From: Candidatus Nezhaarchaeales archaeon
GTDB lineage: Archaea; Thermoproteota; Methanomethylicia; Nezhaarchaeales; WYZ-LMO8
NCBI GenBank assembly: GCA_038887515.1
Contig: JAWAKK010000001.1
Location: forward strand, 288,001-352,000
Reading direction: 5' to 3'
DNA length: 64,000 nucleotides
Shown: one piece after another, positions 8,647 to 18,951 of the stretch
Layout: each line of letters opens with the position of its first letter
Position numbering within the stretch: position 1 is the stretch's first letter
Notes under the pieces: generated by a model
The model's database searches: none
The model's input: the letters and a program-made list of their open reading frames with translations, nothing else
Told to the model about the DNA's origin: nothing
Program-made: the position numbers and the translations under genes

Positions 8647-9528
8647 GTGGTAATGCTCATGTACGAGGTTTTAGCTCTCCGCCAGCTTGCGCCAAACATA
8701 AAGGAAATGGACGTTTATGCACCAAAGATAGCTCGCTATGCTAAGCCTGGGCAGTTCGTGATAGTGATGGCATGCGGGGAGGGCGAAAGGATACCGCTAA
8801 CGCTCGTTGACTGGGATGGTAATGAAGGATGGATCAGGATGGTGTTCTCAGAAGTTGGAGCTTCAACCCACATCCTCGGCCAGAAAAATGTTGGAGACAA
8901 GCTCTATTGCGTATTAGGACCTCTTGGGAACCCAACTCGCGTAGGCAGGTTTGGGGCAATAGCTGTAGTTGCTGGCGGCGTAGCTGTTTCGGCTGCGTAT
9001 CCAGTTGCTAGAGCATTCAAAGCTGAAGGAAATAAGGTACTTGCATTCTTAGGTGCAAGGAGCTCTAATCTACTTATATATGTGGATAAGCTTGCCACGG
9101 TGAGCGATGAAATTCATATATCTACAGATGATGGTAGCTTAGGTTTCAGTGGTTTCGTAACTCAGCTATTGGAGGCCACCATAATGAAGGGTCTTAGACC
9201 CGATCTTATATGGACCGTAGGTCCAGCTCACATGATGAAGGCCTGCAGTGATGTGGCTAAGAAATGGAACTTAAAGGCTATCGCTAGCCTAAACCCCATA
9301 ATGGTCTGCGGCATAGGTATGTGTGGAGCATGTAGAGTGAAAGTTGACGGTACCATAAGATTTACATGCGTTGAAGGTCCTGAATTTGACGCCACGAAAG
9401 TCGACTGGGACGAGTTAATACAGAGGCTTTCTATGTATCGTGAAGAAGAGAAGTTAGCTTTAAGCTCCATCTTAACTAAAGAGCAGAGACTCTACATGGC
9501 AGAGAGGGACTTGAAGTGGTTAAGGTGA
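8647..9528 (+). CDS. sudB: NfnA/SudB: FAD and [2Fe-2S] small subunit of Nfn-type transhydrogenase
   Basis: PGQFVIV, ERIPLT, GPLGNP, STDDGS, SLNPIMVCGIGMCGAC...CVEGPEF. Confidence 0.9.
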   Translation: MVMLMYEVLALRQLAPNIKEMDVYAPKIARYAKPGQFVIVMACGEGERIPLTLVDWDGNEGWIRMVFSEVGASTHILGQKNVGDKLYCVLGPLGNPTRVGRFGAIAVVAGGVAVSAAYPVARAFKAEGNKVLAFLGARSSNLLIYVDKLATVSDEIHISTDDGSLGFSGFVTQLLEATIMKGLRPDLIWTVGPAHMMKACSDVAKKWNLKAIASLNPIMVCGIGMCGACRVKVDGTIRFTCVEGPEFDATKVDWDELIQRLSMYREEEKLALSSILTKEQRLYMAERDLKWLR

Positions 9529-10880
9529 AGCCCCGTGTCCCTGTACCTAAAAGGCCTCCTCATGAAAGAGTCAAAGACTTCAATGAAGTAGTATTAGGCT
9601 ACTCAGAGAAGGAGGCTTTAGAAGAAGCTTCTAGATGCCTACAGTGTCTAGAGAAGCCATGCGCGAGCGGTTGTCCTGTAGGTATAGATATTCCCAGATT
9701 TATAAGGTTCATAAGGGAGAGGATGTATGAAGAAGCTTACAGGGTTATTAAGGAAAAATGTCCAATACCAGCAATAACTGGAAGGGTTTGCCCTCAAGAA
9801 AAACAATGTGAAAAGACTTGTACGCTTGCTAAGTTCGGTCAGCCAATAGCCATTGGTGCGCTTGAGAGGTTCGTAGCAGACTGGGCTAGAGAAGAATCCT
9901 TAGAAGTAGATAAGCCCCCTAAAAGTTGCGGTCATAGAAGAGTGGCAATTATAGGTTCCGGACCTGCTGGAATTGTCGCGGCATTCGATCTTTCTAAAAT
10001 GGGCCATCAAGTAGTAGTCTTCGAGGCGCTACATAAGCCTGGTGGGGTTTTAGTCTACGGTATCCCGGAGTATAGGTTACCGAAGAAGATAGTTGAAGAA
10101 GAGATTGAGAATCTCAAGGCTTTAGGGGTTGATATAGAAACATGCGTCTTCGTAGGTAAGACGACTACCATTTACGATTTACTAGAAGAGTTCGATGCGA
10201 TATTCATAGGAACGGGTGCGGGAGTTCCAAAAATGCTTGGTATACCGGGTGAATGTCTCAGCTATGTTTACACGGCTAACGAATATTTAACGAGGGTAAA
10301 CCTGATGAAGGCCTACCTTTTCCCAGAACATCATACGCCCATTTGCAGGGGTAGAGTGGTAGCAGTGATAGGTGGAGGAAATACGGCAATGGATGTGGCT
10401 AGGACGGCAATAAGGCTTGGAGCTGAGAGGACCCTCGTTCTCTACAGGAGGACGAGGGTGGAAATGCCTGCTCGAGCTGACGAAGTTGTTAATGCCGAAG
10501 AGGAAGGAGTCGACTTTATGTTTCTCGTACAGCCAATAGAGTTCGTAGGAAGCTCAAAAGTTGAAAAAATAAAACTAGTGAAGGTCGCCGTCGAGGAAAA
10601 CAATAGGGTTAAGTTCGCGCCTGCATGTGAGATTATGAACTTAAGCGTAGACATGGTTGTGGAGGCCGTGGGCTTCTATCCCAACGCTTCAATAACGGCA
10701 ACTACTCCAGAAATTAAGACCGACCAGTACGGCAAAATAATCGTTGATGCTTGCGGGAGGACCATGTTGCCCAGAGTATACGCGGGAGGCGATGTGGTTA
10801 CGGGTGCTGGGACGGTCATAGAAGCTATGAGATGGGGCAGGTTAGTCGCACGAACTATTTGTAACGATCTCAGTAACTAG
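9516..10880 (+). CDS. sudA: NfnB/SudA (GltD-like) large subunit
   Basis: EASRCLQC...GCPV, GRVCPQEKQCE, GSGPAG, GIPEYRLP, GGGNTAMD, YRRT, AGGD. Confidence 0.92.
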   Translation: MVKVKPRVPVPKRPPHERVKDFNEVVLGYSEKEALEEASRCLQCLEKPCASGCPVGIDIPRFIRFIRERMYEEAYRVIKEKCPIPAITGRVCPQEKQCEKTCTLAKFGQPIAIGALERFVADWAREESLEVDKPPKSCGHRRVAIIGSGPAGIVAAFDLSKMGHQVVVFEALHKPGGVLVYGIPEYRLPKKIVEEEIENLKALGVDIETCVFVGKTTTIYDLLEEFDAIFIGTGAGVPKMLGIPGECLSYVYTANEYLTRVNLMKAYLFPEHHTPICRGRVVAVIGGGNTAMDVARTAIRLGAERTLVLYRRTRVEMPARADEVVNAEEEGVDFMFLVQPIEFVGSSKVEKIKLVKVAVEENNRVKFAPACEIMNLSVDMVVEAVGFYPNASITATTPEIKTDQYGKIIVDACGRTMLPRVYAGGDVVTGAGTVIEAMRWGRLVARTICNDLSN

Positions 10881-10908
10881 GTATTAAAGCGAAACTTCAG
10901 GCAATGAA

Positions 10909-12039
10909 TTAAGGGTTTACCCTGCCGCCTTGAGAAGTCCTACTATGCTCTGCTACTTGCTCTTTCAGCTTCTCTCTTACTTGTTCTCTTATCTGCTCTA
11001 CTTGCTTGTCTAAATTCTTGAGTTCCTCACCTAGTTTTGCAGACACGCGCCCTTTAATTATGGTCGACATCACGTCTAGAGTTCTGTTGGTCTGTTCCAT
11101 TATCAATTCATCTAAATCTTCTCTTGACGGTTCTTTAAGCGTCTTCAATCTGAGGATCACGGTTATATGCATTTCAATGGCTTTATCAATAGCCTCAACG
11201 GCTTTTGAGGAAGCGTTGGTATAGCTGATTAAGTAATCCCTTATCTCCTTTAACCTTTCGACACTGGCATTTATCCTGCTTATTGCAATGTCAACGCCGT
11301 ATCTGGTTTCGTTTCTCACTTGGTTAAGCCAAGTGAGCATAAGCTTAAGTTTTTGTGGAATTATTACATCAGTGACCTTGGAAGAAGAAACCTCACCCAT
11401 ATTTCTGCTCACGTTAGTTACAAATTCTCTGACTGTCGCCTCTACCTGTATTGTAAGTTCCCTCACTTTACTTGCATTCAAATGTTGTTCACGTAAAAGT
11501 GATACGCATTCCCTAATCCTAATCTTTAGCTTTAGCGGAACCGTTACATTGAGGTCTTCTGTCGCATTAATGATGTTCTCAATCCTCTCTAAGATCTTTA
11601 AACATAGTGTAGCGTTAGCTCTAGCCCTAGCTTCATTGATGTAGTTTTGATCTAGCCTTATTTGGCTAAGTACGAAGCGCAGTACTGGGTTTAGGCAATT
11701 CATCGCATCCAAAGCCTTCAGTACAGCGGTAGCGTAATCACCATCTTCTATAAGTTTCTGGGCTTCGTTAACCTCTTGGAGCGCTTTAGATAAGCTATTA
11801 TTCAAGCCTATAGGCAGGGCTATATTAAATCCTTCTATTATACTGGTTATTCTATTGTAAAGGCTGGTCGACATTTCGATTAGAGCTTTAGCTTTACTAT
11901 AATCTGCTTCAGGTTCGGCGTTCACAGTCTCTGAAGGACCTTGGGCGCCAACCGCTGATGCGCTCACTCCAATAATTATAAATGGTAGGAGCAACGCCAC
12001 TAATTTATTCTTGAGAGTTAATGCCATCTTGCTCACCAC
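10909..12039 (-). CDS. Secreted helical/coiled-coil hypothetical glycoprotein
   Basis: Signal-peptide-like N-terminus, helical body, about 10 N-x-S/T sequons. Confidence 0.7.
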   Translation of the reverse strand: MVSKMALTLKNKLVALLLPFIIIGVSASAVGAQGPSETVNAEPEADYSKAKALIEMSTSLYNRITSIIEGFNIALPIGLNNSLSKALQEVNEAQKLIEDGDYATAVLKALDAMNCLNPVLRFVLSQIRLDQNYINEARARANATLCLKILERIENIINATEDLNVTVPLKLKIRIRECVSLLREQHLNASKVRELTIQVEATVREFVTNVSRNMGEVSSSKVTDVIIPQKLKLMLTWLNQVRNETRYGVDIAISRINASVERLKEIRDYLISYTNASSKAVEAIDKAIEMHITVILRLKTLKEPSREDLDELIMEQTNRTLDVMSTIIKGRVSAKLGEELKNLDKQVEQIREQVREKLKEQVAEHSRTSQGGRVNP

Positions 12040-12199
12040 AAATTTAGGCGCCTACCATCCCTATAACATATACCTTCGTGGAACGGTTCCATGGATCTGA
12101 CAAAGGTAAAAGTACGAACACCAAAAAGTACGGTTTGCTTTGTCTATGAGGTTTTAGCATCGCTTATAAGTTGCCTTCTAAAAGCATTTAATTGATGAG

Positions 12200-13026
12200 T
12201 TGGACGAAATGATAGAAATCGTAAAGTTGGGGTCTGTCAGTAATGTAGCTTTAATCTACATAAAGGACTACATCTACAACATTATAGACTCCTTCAGTCT
12301 TGACCCTCGAAATCTTAGGCTAGTAATCGTGGAGTCAAGAGAGCACCTAGACAACTTCTTAGTCGAGTTACTTGGAAGAGATAGTCCTCCAGTTCAGCTT
12401 TTTGGCTCGGTCTCGCATATTTATGTGTGCGGAAAGCCTACAATCTTCATAGTAGCGTCGGAGCTCTACGATAAGGATGAATCTGTAGTCAAAGGTGAGC
12501 TTCTAATAGCTTTAGCTCACGCCAAACTCCATAGCTCTGAAGAATATTACATTGTACGCTTCCCAAAGAAAATTCAAAAACTTTTAGAGTATGGAGCACC
12601 TAAAGCCTTGCAACAACTACGTTACACCTTATAGCTTCAGGAGTTAAGGGATATGAAGCTACGAGCCTAGTAGTAGAGAAAGGTTATCTTAAAGAGATGG
12701 AGGGAGTGTACAGTTTTCATTTGAAGATAACGCCTGAAGAGAAGCTTTTGTGGATTACGGCCGAAGGCAGCCTTCAAGCACAAGCCCTCTTAACACTAAA
12801 TTAGTTTAAAATACTTGCAAACGCCTTGCCAGTTTATCGCTCCACATTAGATAGCGGATTTAAAGAATTATTTGAGCAGAACCTTAACATGATACCACTC
12901 GAGCTTAGACCAGCTGTAGAGGAAACTCTCTTTAACATACTGCCTCAGGAGTATGCAGCAACTTTAGATAAAGTAGAGTCTTGCGTAGGAGCACTAATCG
13001 ACGTTATTTATAGGGCTTTACTATGA
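12200..13026 (+). pseudogene. Disrupted hypothetical gene (frameshift ~12600 and in-frame TAG 12802-12804)
   Basis: ORF 12200..12634 continues after a -1 shift as LATTTLHLIASGVKGYEA...LTLN*FKILANALPVYR, in frame with ORF 12826..13026. Confidence 0.7.
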
Positions 13027-13113
13027 GGCAGAGCAGGGTATATTGCTAATAATTGGGACTCTTCGAGGTATTTTGGCAAATTTTAAATATTCATTACGGA
13101 TATCCCCTATTTC

Positions 13114-13623
13114 ATGGTAGTTGCGGAAATCTTTGGTAAAACTCCCGCCTTATCAAAGAGTTGCTTTGTGCATGAATTAGCCTTTGTAGGAGGGAGCGTG
13201 GAGCTAGGGGAATTTTCAAGCGTCTGGCCTTATGCTGTGTTAAGAGGCGATTATGAAAGAATAGTTGTAGGGCGAGAAAGCAATATTCAAGACGGAGTGG
13301 TAGTACATGCCGACCCAGGGTATCCAACTATCATAGGCGACAGGGTCACCGTAGGGCATAGAGCTGTCGTACATGGAGCTGTGATAGGTTCTAATACTTT
13401 AATAGGCATTGGAGCTGTTGTGCTAAACGGCGCTAAAATCGGGGAGTGGTGCATAATAGGTGCAGGAGCAGTAGTTACTGAAGGAGCGACAATACCAAGC
13501 GGCAGCATAGCTCTAGGCGTACCAGCTAAAGTAATTAGAACCGTTACGGACAAGGATAAAGAACTGATAAAGGCGGCAGCAGAGGATTACGTCGCGAGGA
13601 CGAAGAAAATGCTTGGCCTATAG
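13114..13623 (+). CDS. Gamma carbonic anhydrase family (CaiE/YrdA-like)
   Basis: AVLRGD, SNIQDGVVVH, VTVGHRAVVHG hexapeptide repeats. Confidence 0.92.
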   Translation: MVVAEIFGKTPALSKSCFVHELAFVGGSVELGEFSSVWPYAVLRGDYERIVVGRESNIQDGVVVHADPGYPTIIGDRVTVGHRAVVHGAVIGSNTLIGIGAVVLNGAKIGEWCIIGAGAVVTEGATIPSGSIALGVPAKVIRTVTDKDKELIKAAAEDYVARTKKMLGL

Positions 13624-13648
13624 AGAGCCTAAGCGAGTAAGGCTAACG

Positions 13649-14185
13649 CTATTCGTCTAAAAGGACTTGATATACTTCGTCTATGAGCTTCTCTAATGCT
13701 TGGAGGGGTTCATATTTTTCTTCAAAGACGAGCTGATGTAGTCGGCTATAATGAAACTTCAGCTCCCAATAGTAGCTTTCAATAGTGCTCCATGGAGGCT
13801 CTGTGGGTTCTCCAACACCGACGCCTTTACAACATCCATCGAGATTTATGGAGTCCATCCTACTAGGGCTCTGCGGAACGTAGGGGTAGAGTCTACACTT
13901 CATAGGCCTAGCAGGATATATTGTACACTTGGGTAGCTCAGAGACTTCTAGGAACGCGCACAGGCCACCTATACTTTGAAGTACAGGTATGGCAACCATA
14001 TCTGCAATGATTGCCTTTATATACTTACCTCTTAAGTCCCTCCAATGTATCCCCATGAACTTAGCTATTCTACAAATGTCGAATGCTGTTAAACTAACGT
14101 TTGGCCCGTGACAACACCTCCCGCATCGAAGACACGTGACTCGGGCCTTCTCCCCGCGAGCCACTTTAATGTATTCATGCAACAT
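13649..14185 (-). CDS. YkgJ family cysteine-cluster protein
   Basis: CLRCGRCC, CAFL, CTIYPARPMKCRLYP. Confidence 0.88.
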   Translation of the reverse strand: MLHEYIKVARGEKARVTCLRCGRCCHGPNVSLTAFDICRIAKFMGIHWRDLRGKYIKAIIADMVAIPVLQSIGGLCAFLEVSELPKCTIYPARPMKCRLYPYVPQSPSRMDSINLDGCCKGVGVGEPTEPPWSTIESYYWELKFHYSRLHQLVFEEKYEPLQALEKLIDEVYQVLLDE

Positions 14186-14308
14186 AGTTATTACCTGAAG
14201 CCTCGGTAGGCGTTACATGTTTAATAATCTTGCTATAAAAATTCAGTACGATTGTAGGGAAAGACTTAAAGGCAAATACTGCAACTGTGCTCAGGAAGTT
14301 GTTTCGTC

Positions 14309-15601
14309 ATGAAACGCGCGAAGTTACTCTGTCTAGGAGGATGCAAAGAAGTAGGTAGGTCAGCATATCTTCTTAGTGTAGGGGGCATGAACTTACTCTT
14401 TGACTACGGAGTCTTGCTGGATGATACGCCTCTCTTTCCCATGCACGTGAGCCCTAGCTCAATCGATGCCGTATTATTAACGCATCCTCACCTAGATCAC
14501 TCGGGCCTACTGCCTCTGCTTTTCTCGTCGAGGATAAGCCCCCCAGCTTACACCACTCAGCTTAATGTTGAAGTTTTAGAATACTTAGTCTTAGACATGA
14601 TGAAGCTATCAGGAAGCTTTCTACCTTACGAGGCTGAAGAACTATATAAAGCTATGAATGACTTTACAGCGGTGCGCTACGGAGAGGATTTTGAAGTTGG
14701 TGGAGTTGCCATAAAGGCTCTTAATGCAGGACATGTCCCTGGGAGTTGCATGTTCTCCTTAGAGTCAAAAACAAGTAAATTCAGGGCTCTATACACCGGC
14801 GACTTCAATACTATTGAGACCAAGCTAGTGAATCCAGCGGATACCGATAACTTATCGTTTGAGTCGCCAATCGACCTATTGATAGTAGAATCCACTTACG
14901 GTAATAGGTCTCATGAAGATCGAAAGATCACAGAGAAAAACTTTGTTGAATTAGTCGTTGAGTATATTGAGGGCGGAGGAGTAGTATTGATACCTGCCTT
15001 CGCTTACGGTAGAGCACAAGAAATATTGTGCGTCCTATACAAGTATCTGGATGACTTAACGGTATACTTAGACGGAATGGCAAAACATGTGTCTATAGAA
15101 TTGCTGAACTTCAAGGAGTTTTTGAGAGATGCCCAGCTCTACAAAAAAGCTCTTAGCAGGGCAAGGCTCATTAGAGGACCCAGAGATAGGAAGAAACTCC
15201 TTAAAACTGGCGGTGTTGTCATAAGCCCCTCAGGTATGCTAAAAGGAGGCCCTTCACGCTTCTATGCAAAGCACTTGTCTGAAAGAAGTGATAGCGCAAT
15301 TTTCTTAGTAAGCTATCAAATCCTGGATACGCCAGGCGATTACCTACTTAAGTACGGTAAGTTAGATCCTGAATCAGAAAAGGTTAAGTGTAATGTAGAG
15401 TGGTTCGACTTCTCATCTCATGCGGGTAGAGACGAGCTCCTAAACTTCATAATGAAAGTAGCTGACGCTTCTGGGGGGAAGACAAAAGTAGTATTAGTTC
15501 ATGGAGAAGAACAAGCGGTCTTAGCGTTGGTGGAAGAGCTTAAAAGTAGGGGTATCGATGTTGTGGCTCCAAGTAACGGCGATCTACTAACGTTTGACTA
15601 A
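14309..15601 (+). CDS. MBL-fold beta-CASP ribonuclease (archaeal CPSF-like, no KH domains)
   Basis: EVGRSA, THPHLDHSG, AGHVPGS, YTGD, ESTYG, GRAQE, FSSHAG, VHGE. Confidence 0.9.
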   Translation: MKRAKLLCLGGCKEVGRSAYLLSVGGMNLLFDYGVLLDDTPLFPMHVSPSSIDAVLLTHPHLDHSGLLPLLFSSRISPPAYTTQLNVEVLEYLVLDMMKLSGSFLPYEAEELYKAMNDFTAVRYGEDFEVGGVAIKALNAGHVPGSCMFSLESKTSKFRALYTGDFNTIETKLVNPADTDNLSFESPIDLLIVESTYGNRSHEDRKITEKNFVELVVEYIEGGGVVLIPAFAYGRAQEILCVLYKYLDDLTVYLDGMAKHVSIELLNFKEFLRDAQLYKKALSRARLIRGPRDRKKLLKTGGVVISPSGMLKGGPSRFYAKHLSERSDSAIFLVSYQILDTPGDYLLKYGKLDPESEKVKCNVEWFDFSSHAGRDELLNFIMKVADASGGKTKVVLVHGEEQAVLALVEELKSRGIDVVAPSNGDLLTFD

Positions 15602-15776
15602 GTAAGCCTGCGGAGTGAGAAGTTACCGCAGTACAATGTACGTCGAGTCTAGTAATTTTTAACTGCATTCTTGAGGGCGTTAAAACCTCGACTTTTAACT
15701 ACCAAGCTCTAGGGCTATAATTAAGGCTTCGCCACTATTGGCATCAACATAATCCTTAATATCTCGCATCTCTAGA

Positions 15777-16277
15777 GTGTCTCTGGTGAGATCTATGGTC
15801 AACATATTGATTGTTTATTACTCAAGGACGGGGAACACTAAAGCTATGGCCGAGGAAGTTGCACGAGGTGCTAGAGATGCTGGAGCCGACGTTAAGCTTA
15901 AATCAGTTGACGAAGCAAGCTTAGATGACTTATTATGGGCTCATGGAATAATAGTTGGCAGCCCATCCTACTTTGGTCTCCCCGCAGCTCCAATAAAGAA
16001 GTTCATAGACGACTCGGTGAAAGTTAGGGGGAAGCTTGAGGGTAAAGTTGGAGCTGCCTTCTCTTCGTCGTACCATAGAGCTGGTGGCAGAGAAACTACG
16101 ATGCTGGCGATACTTCAAGCGATGTTGATACATGGCATGATAGTATGTGGAGATCCAATAGTGACTGGAGGACATTATGGTGCTGCGGCTAATGGAAAGC
16201 CAGATGAACAGGCTAAAAGGGAGTGCTACGAACTTGGCCTTAGGGTAGCTAAGATAGCTCAGAAGCTACTTACATAA
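15777..16277 (+). CDS. Flavodoxin/WrbA-like NAD(P)H-dependent oxidoreductase
   Basis: YYSRTGNT, GSPSYFG, GKVGAAF, GGRETT. Confidence 0.9.
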   Translation: MSLVRSMVNILIVYYSRTGNTKAMAEEVARGARDAGADVKLKSVDEASLDDLLWAHGIIVGSPSYFGLPAAPIKKFIDDSVKVRGKLEGKVGAAFSSSYHRAGGRETTMLAILQAMLIHGMIVCGDPIVTGGHYGAAANGKPDEQAKRECYELGLRVAKIAQKLLT

Positions 16278-16440
16278 CATTCGCATTTCACCTCTCCTAT
16301 ATTTTTTATGGAATTCTAAGAACTCAATTCCCTCCAATTGCTGTAGCGAGCCATATGGTCACTATTTTGTAGTAAAGGGAATTTTTTCCTTTGAAGAGAC
16401 CTTAAAATACATTGCAACGCCTAAACTTATAAGGTGAATT

Positions 16441-17256
16441 GTGCTGAAAGACGTAAGAACCTTAGTCGATGAATTATGCAAGAAACTTAAAGAGAAGGGT
16501 AGCGTGCTGGTGGCTTTTTCAGGAGGTCTTGATAGCTCGGTCGTTGCTTGCTTAGCTCATCGAGCCCTCGGCAGTAAAGCTATAGCAGTTACGATAGATT
16601 CCCCTCTTCTTCCACCAGGAGAACTCGAGGATGCCCTCAAAACTGCGAGATTAATAGGCATAAGACACAAGGTTATCAAGCTTAACGAACTTGAGTTACC
16701 CGGTTTCTCTAGAAACCCTAGGGAGAGATGCTATCTGTGCAAGAAGTTCCGCTTTAAGAAGCTTAAGGAGATGGCCCTTCAAGAAGGGATCAACGTCTTA
16801 GTTGATGGGACGAATAAAAGCGATGCTTTAGAGTATAGGCCTGGACTAAAGGCGGCATTGGAAGAAGGGATATATAGTCCTCTTCTTGAAGCCGGCTTAA
16901 CTAAGAACGATGTACTCAGGATTGCAATATACCTTAAACTTCCGCTCCACAATAAGCCATCAAATACTTGCTTAGCAACGAGAATCCCGTATGGACAAGA
17001 AATAACTATCGAAAGGCTGATGCGTATAGGTCTTGCTGAGAAGGTTATAAAGGAGATATTAAACTTACGAATCGTACGTGTAAGGGATCATGGAGACTTG
17101 GCCAGGATAGAGGTTGATCCTACTGAGAGGAGGTTCTTCTTCAATGAGACTGCGTTAGACCTTGTAGTCACCGAGCTTAGAAAACTTGGCTTTAGGTTTG
17201 TAACTCTAGATTTAGAAGGATACAAAAAAGGTTGCTTTGATACTTTAAACCATTAA
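16441..17256 (+). CDS. larE: LarE family ATP-dependent sulfur transferase
   Basis: AFSGGLDS PP-loop, RCYLCK, DGTN, YRPG, CLATRIPYG, RVRDHG. Confidence 0.88.
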   Translation: MLKDVRTLVDELCKKLKEKGSVLVAFSGGLDSSVVACLAHRALGSKAIAVTIDSPLLPPGELEDALKTARLIGIRHKVIKLNELELPGFSRNPRERCYLCKKFRFKKLKEMALQEGINVLVDGTNKSDALEYRPGLKAALEEGIYSPLLEAGLTKNDVLRIAIYLKLPLHNKPSNTCLATRIPYGQEITIERLMRIGLAEKVIKEILNLRIVRVRDHGDLARIEVDPTERRFFFNETALDLVVTELRKLGFRFVTLDLEGYKKGCFDTLNH

Positions 17257-17285
17257 TGAGAGGCCCTAAAGTCGCATAGTCTTCG

Positions 17286-17909
17286 TCACATGATCCTCGT
17301 TAACACTAGTACCACCCATGTGGGTATCGCTATTACACTCCATATAACTGGATTCCACTTAATGACTTTTGACCCATCAAATGGCGGTAACGGAATTAAG
17401 TTAAAAGCTGCAAGCCACAGGTTGACCGTAAAGCCCATTTTCGATACCACAGTTAAAAACCAGTTAACTTGTATATTTGACATCAAGTAGAAAACGAAAG
17501 CTAAGATCATATTCGCAATAGGCCCTGAAAGCGATATTAACCCGTAGATCTTCTGCATTTGTTTAGCTGAAACGTAGGGTGAAAGAGTCATCGGGGTTAT
17601 GTAGACGGCCCCTGGAGCAGCAAATACAAATTCTCCTCTTGAAGCGAAGGACAATATCAAAGCTAAGGCTAGCGCCCACAGCCACATCCTATATTCAGCG
17701 AAACATCCAAATTTTCTGGCAACAGATCTATGCATTAACTCGTGAAACAAGAAGCCCAAGCCTACAGCTATGAGGGAAGCGGAGAACAGTATGGCGAAGA
17801 GCATAATCTCGTACCAGACCCAATAGATCGAGAAACATAGACTTATGACAATCCAAGAAACGATGAGTTCTACAACTTCCTTCTTGGTAAAGGCCGACGC
17901 TTTATACAA
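17286..17909 (-). CDS. Site-2 protease, peptidase M50 family
   Basis: HELMH, FAAPGAV, SGP, FNLIPLPPFDG. Confidence 0.9.
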   Translation of the reverse strand: MYKASAFTKKEVVELIVSWIVISLCFSIYWVWYEIMLFAILFSASLIAVGLGFLFHELMHRSVARKFGCFAEYRMWLWALALALILSFASRGEFVFAAPGAVYITPMTLSPYVSAKQMQKIYGLISLSGPIANMILAFVFYLMSNIQVNWFLTVVSKMGFTVNLWLAAFNLIPLPPFDGSKVIKWNPVIWSVIAIPTWVVLVLTRIM

Positions 17910-18027
17910 TACCTATCCCTCGTGGGAGACCGTCCTTGCATTTATGTAGCATGGAAGTAATTAAGATTTTTTCGGCGTAATACTATTGGTCTCTTCTCTC
18001 TTTAATTAAGTAACTCTTCGTTCTACT

Positions 18028-18115
18028 GATGTTTTATAAAATTCGATTATCAAGCTGAACATTCAAGGTAAATGTTATAGATCTTTTAAAGATTTGCAAG
18101 ATGTTTTATAAAATT
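18028..18115. repeat. Two exact 16-bp direct repeats GATGTTTTATAAAATT (18028, 18100) with palindromic core
   Basis: Seen directly; related GATCTTTTAA copies at 18080 and 18145; divergent intergenic region. Confidence 0.7.
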
Positions 18116-18236
18116 ACGTCGTGATAAGGCGACTTAAGTGTTTTGATCTTTTAATACGCCATGCTCAGGCAAGCTAGGCATTATTCGGTAGCTTTTTCAC
18201 TATAAGTGGATATAAGTATTTAATTGTGAGAGCAAT

Positions 18237-18944
18237 ATGGTCTTACTAAGTACTGGCTTTATAATAGCCGGCGCTTATGCAGATAAGGTTAGGAAGACGC
18301 TTTTCGCTCAGCTTCGAGAGCAGATAAAGAGGGGGGAAGTTTCCTCACAGGAAGTTGCTAGAGCTGTAGCCGAGCTAAATAGAGTTCTATACCATGTATT
18401 GGTTGAGAAGCTAAAATCAGGTAAAGGCGATGTCGTAAGGGCTAGAATAGACTATGAGGTCGAGGGAGGAAGGATTAGGTGGAAGTACGACTCTCTCTTC
18501 CTCGAAGTTTTCAAGAGGGTACCAGATGAAGTGGTTCAGGGAATTGTTAAAGAGACTGTAGCGGAAATAGATAAACTACTTGAGAGAGCCATAGCCTATA
18601 ATGTAGAGAAGGTCGCTGTAACATCTTATGGCGACCATCTCTATAGAGTTAAGATACATGACAAAGTTGTTGGGGCGCTTACTGTAACCGTCGTAGATAA
18701 CGAACTCGCCATAGTACGTGGGGCGGTCTTGGAGCCAACGCCGATAGTTATTGAGAAGGGTAAGGTACCCCTAGAGGGGAAGGATGTCGACGAAGCCGTT
18801 ACGGCCAATTTAACTAATCTTATTAGGCAAGCTAGAAACGTCGAAACTTCAGAAGCCGAGAGGGCTATTAAAGGCATTGAAGCAATAATTGAAAGTGAGA
18901 TCAGGGAAGAAAAAGTATTGCCGGAAGAAGAAGAGACTTACTAA
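18237..18944 (+). CDS. DUF2258 / ThermoDBP-related ssDNA/RNA-binding protein
   Basis: LSTGFIIAGAYADKVRKTLFAQ...AVAELNRVLY...KGDVVRARIDY. Confidence 0.8.
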   Translation: MVLLSTGFIIAGAYADKVRKTLFAQLREQIKRGEVSSQEVARAVAELNRVLYHVLVEKLKSGKGDVVRARIDYEVEGGRIRWKYDSLFLEVFKRVPDEVVQGIVKETVAEIDKLLERAIAYNVEKVAVTSYGDHLYRVKIHDKVVGALTVTVVDNELAIVRGAVLEPTPIVIEKGKVPLEGKDVDEAVTANLTNLIRQARNVETSEAERAIKGIEAIIESEIREEKVLPEEEETY

Positions 18945-18951
18945 TTTTCTT

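Noticed and set aside
15608-15640. CTGCGG/CCGCAG hairpin as an H/ACA RNA
   Set aside because: No convincing lower stem or pocket, and ACA spacing is wrong
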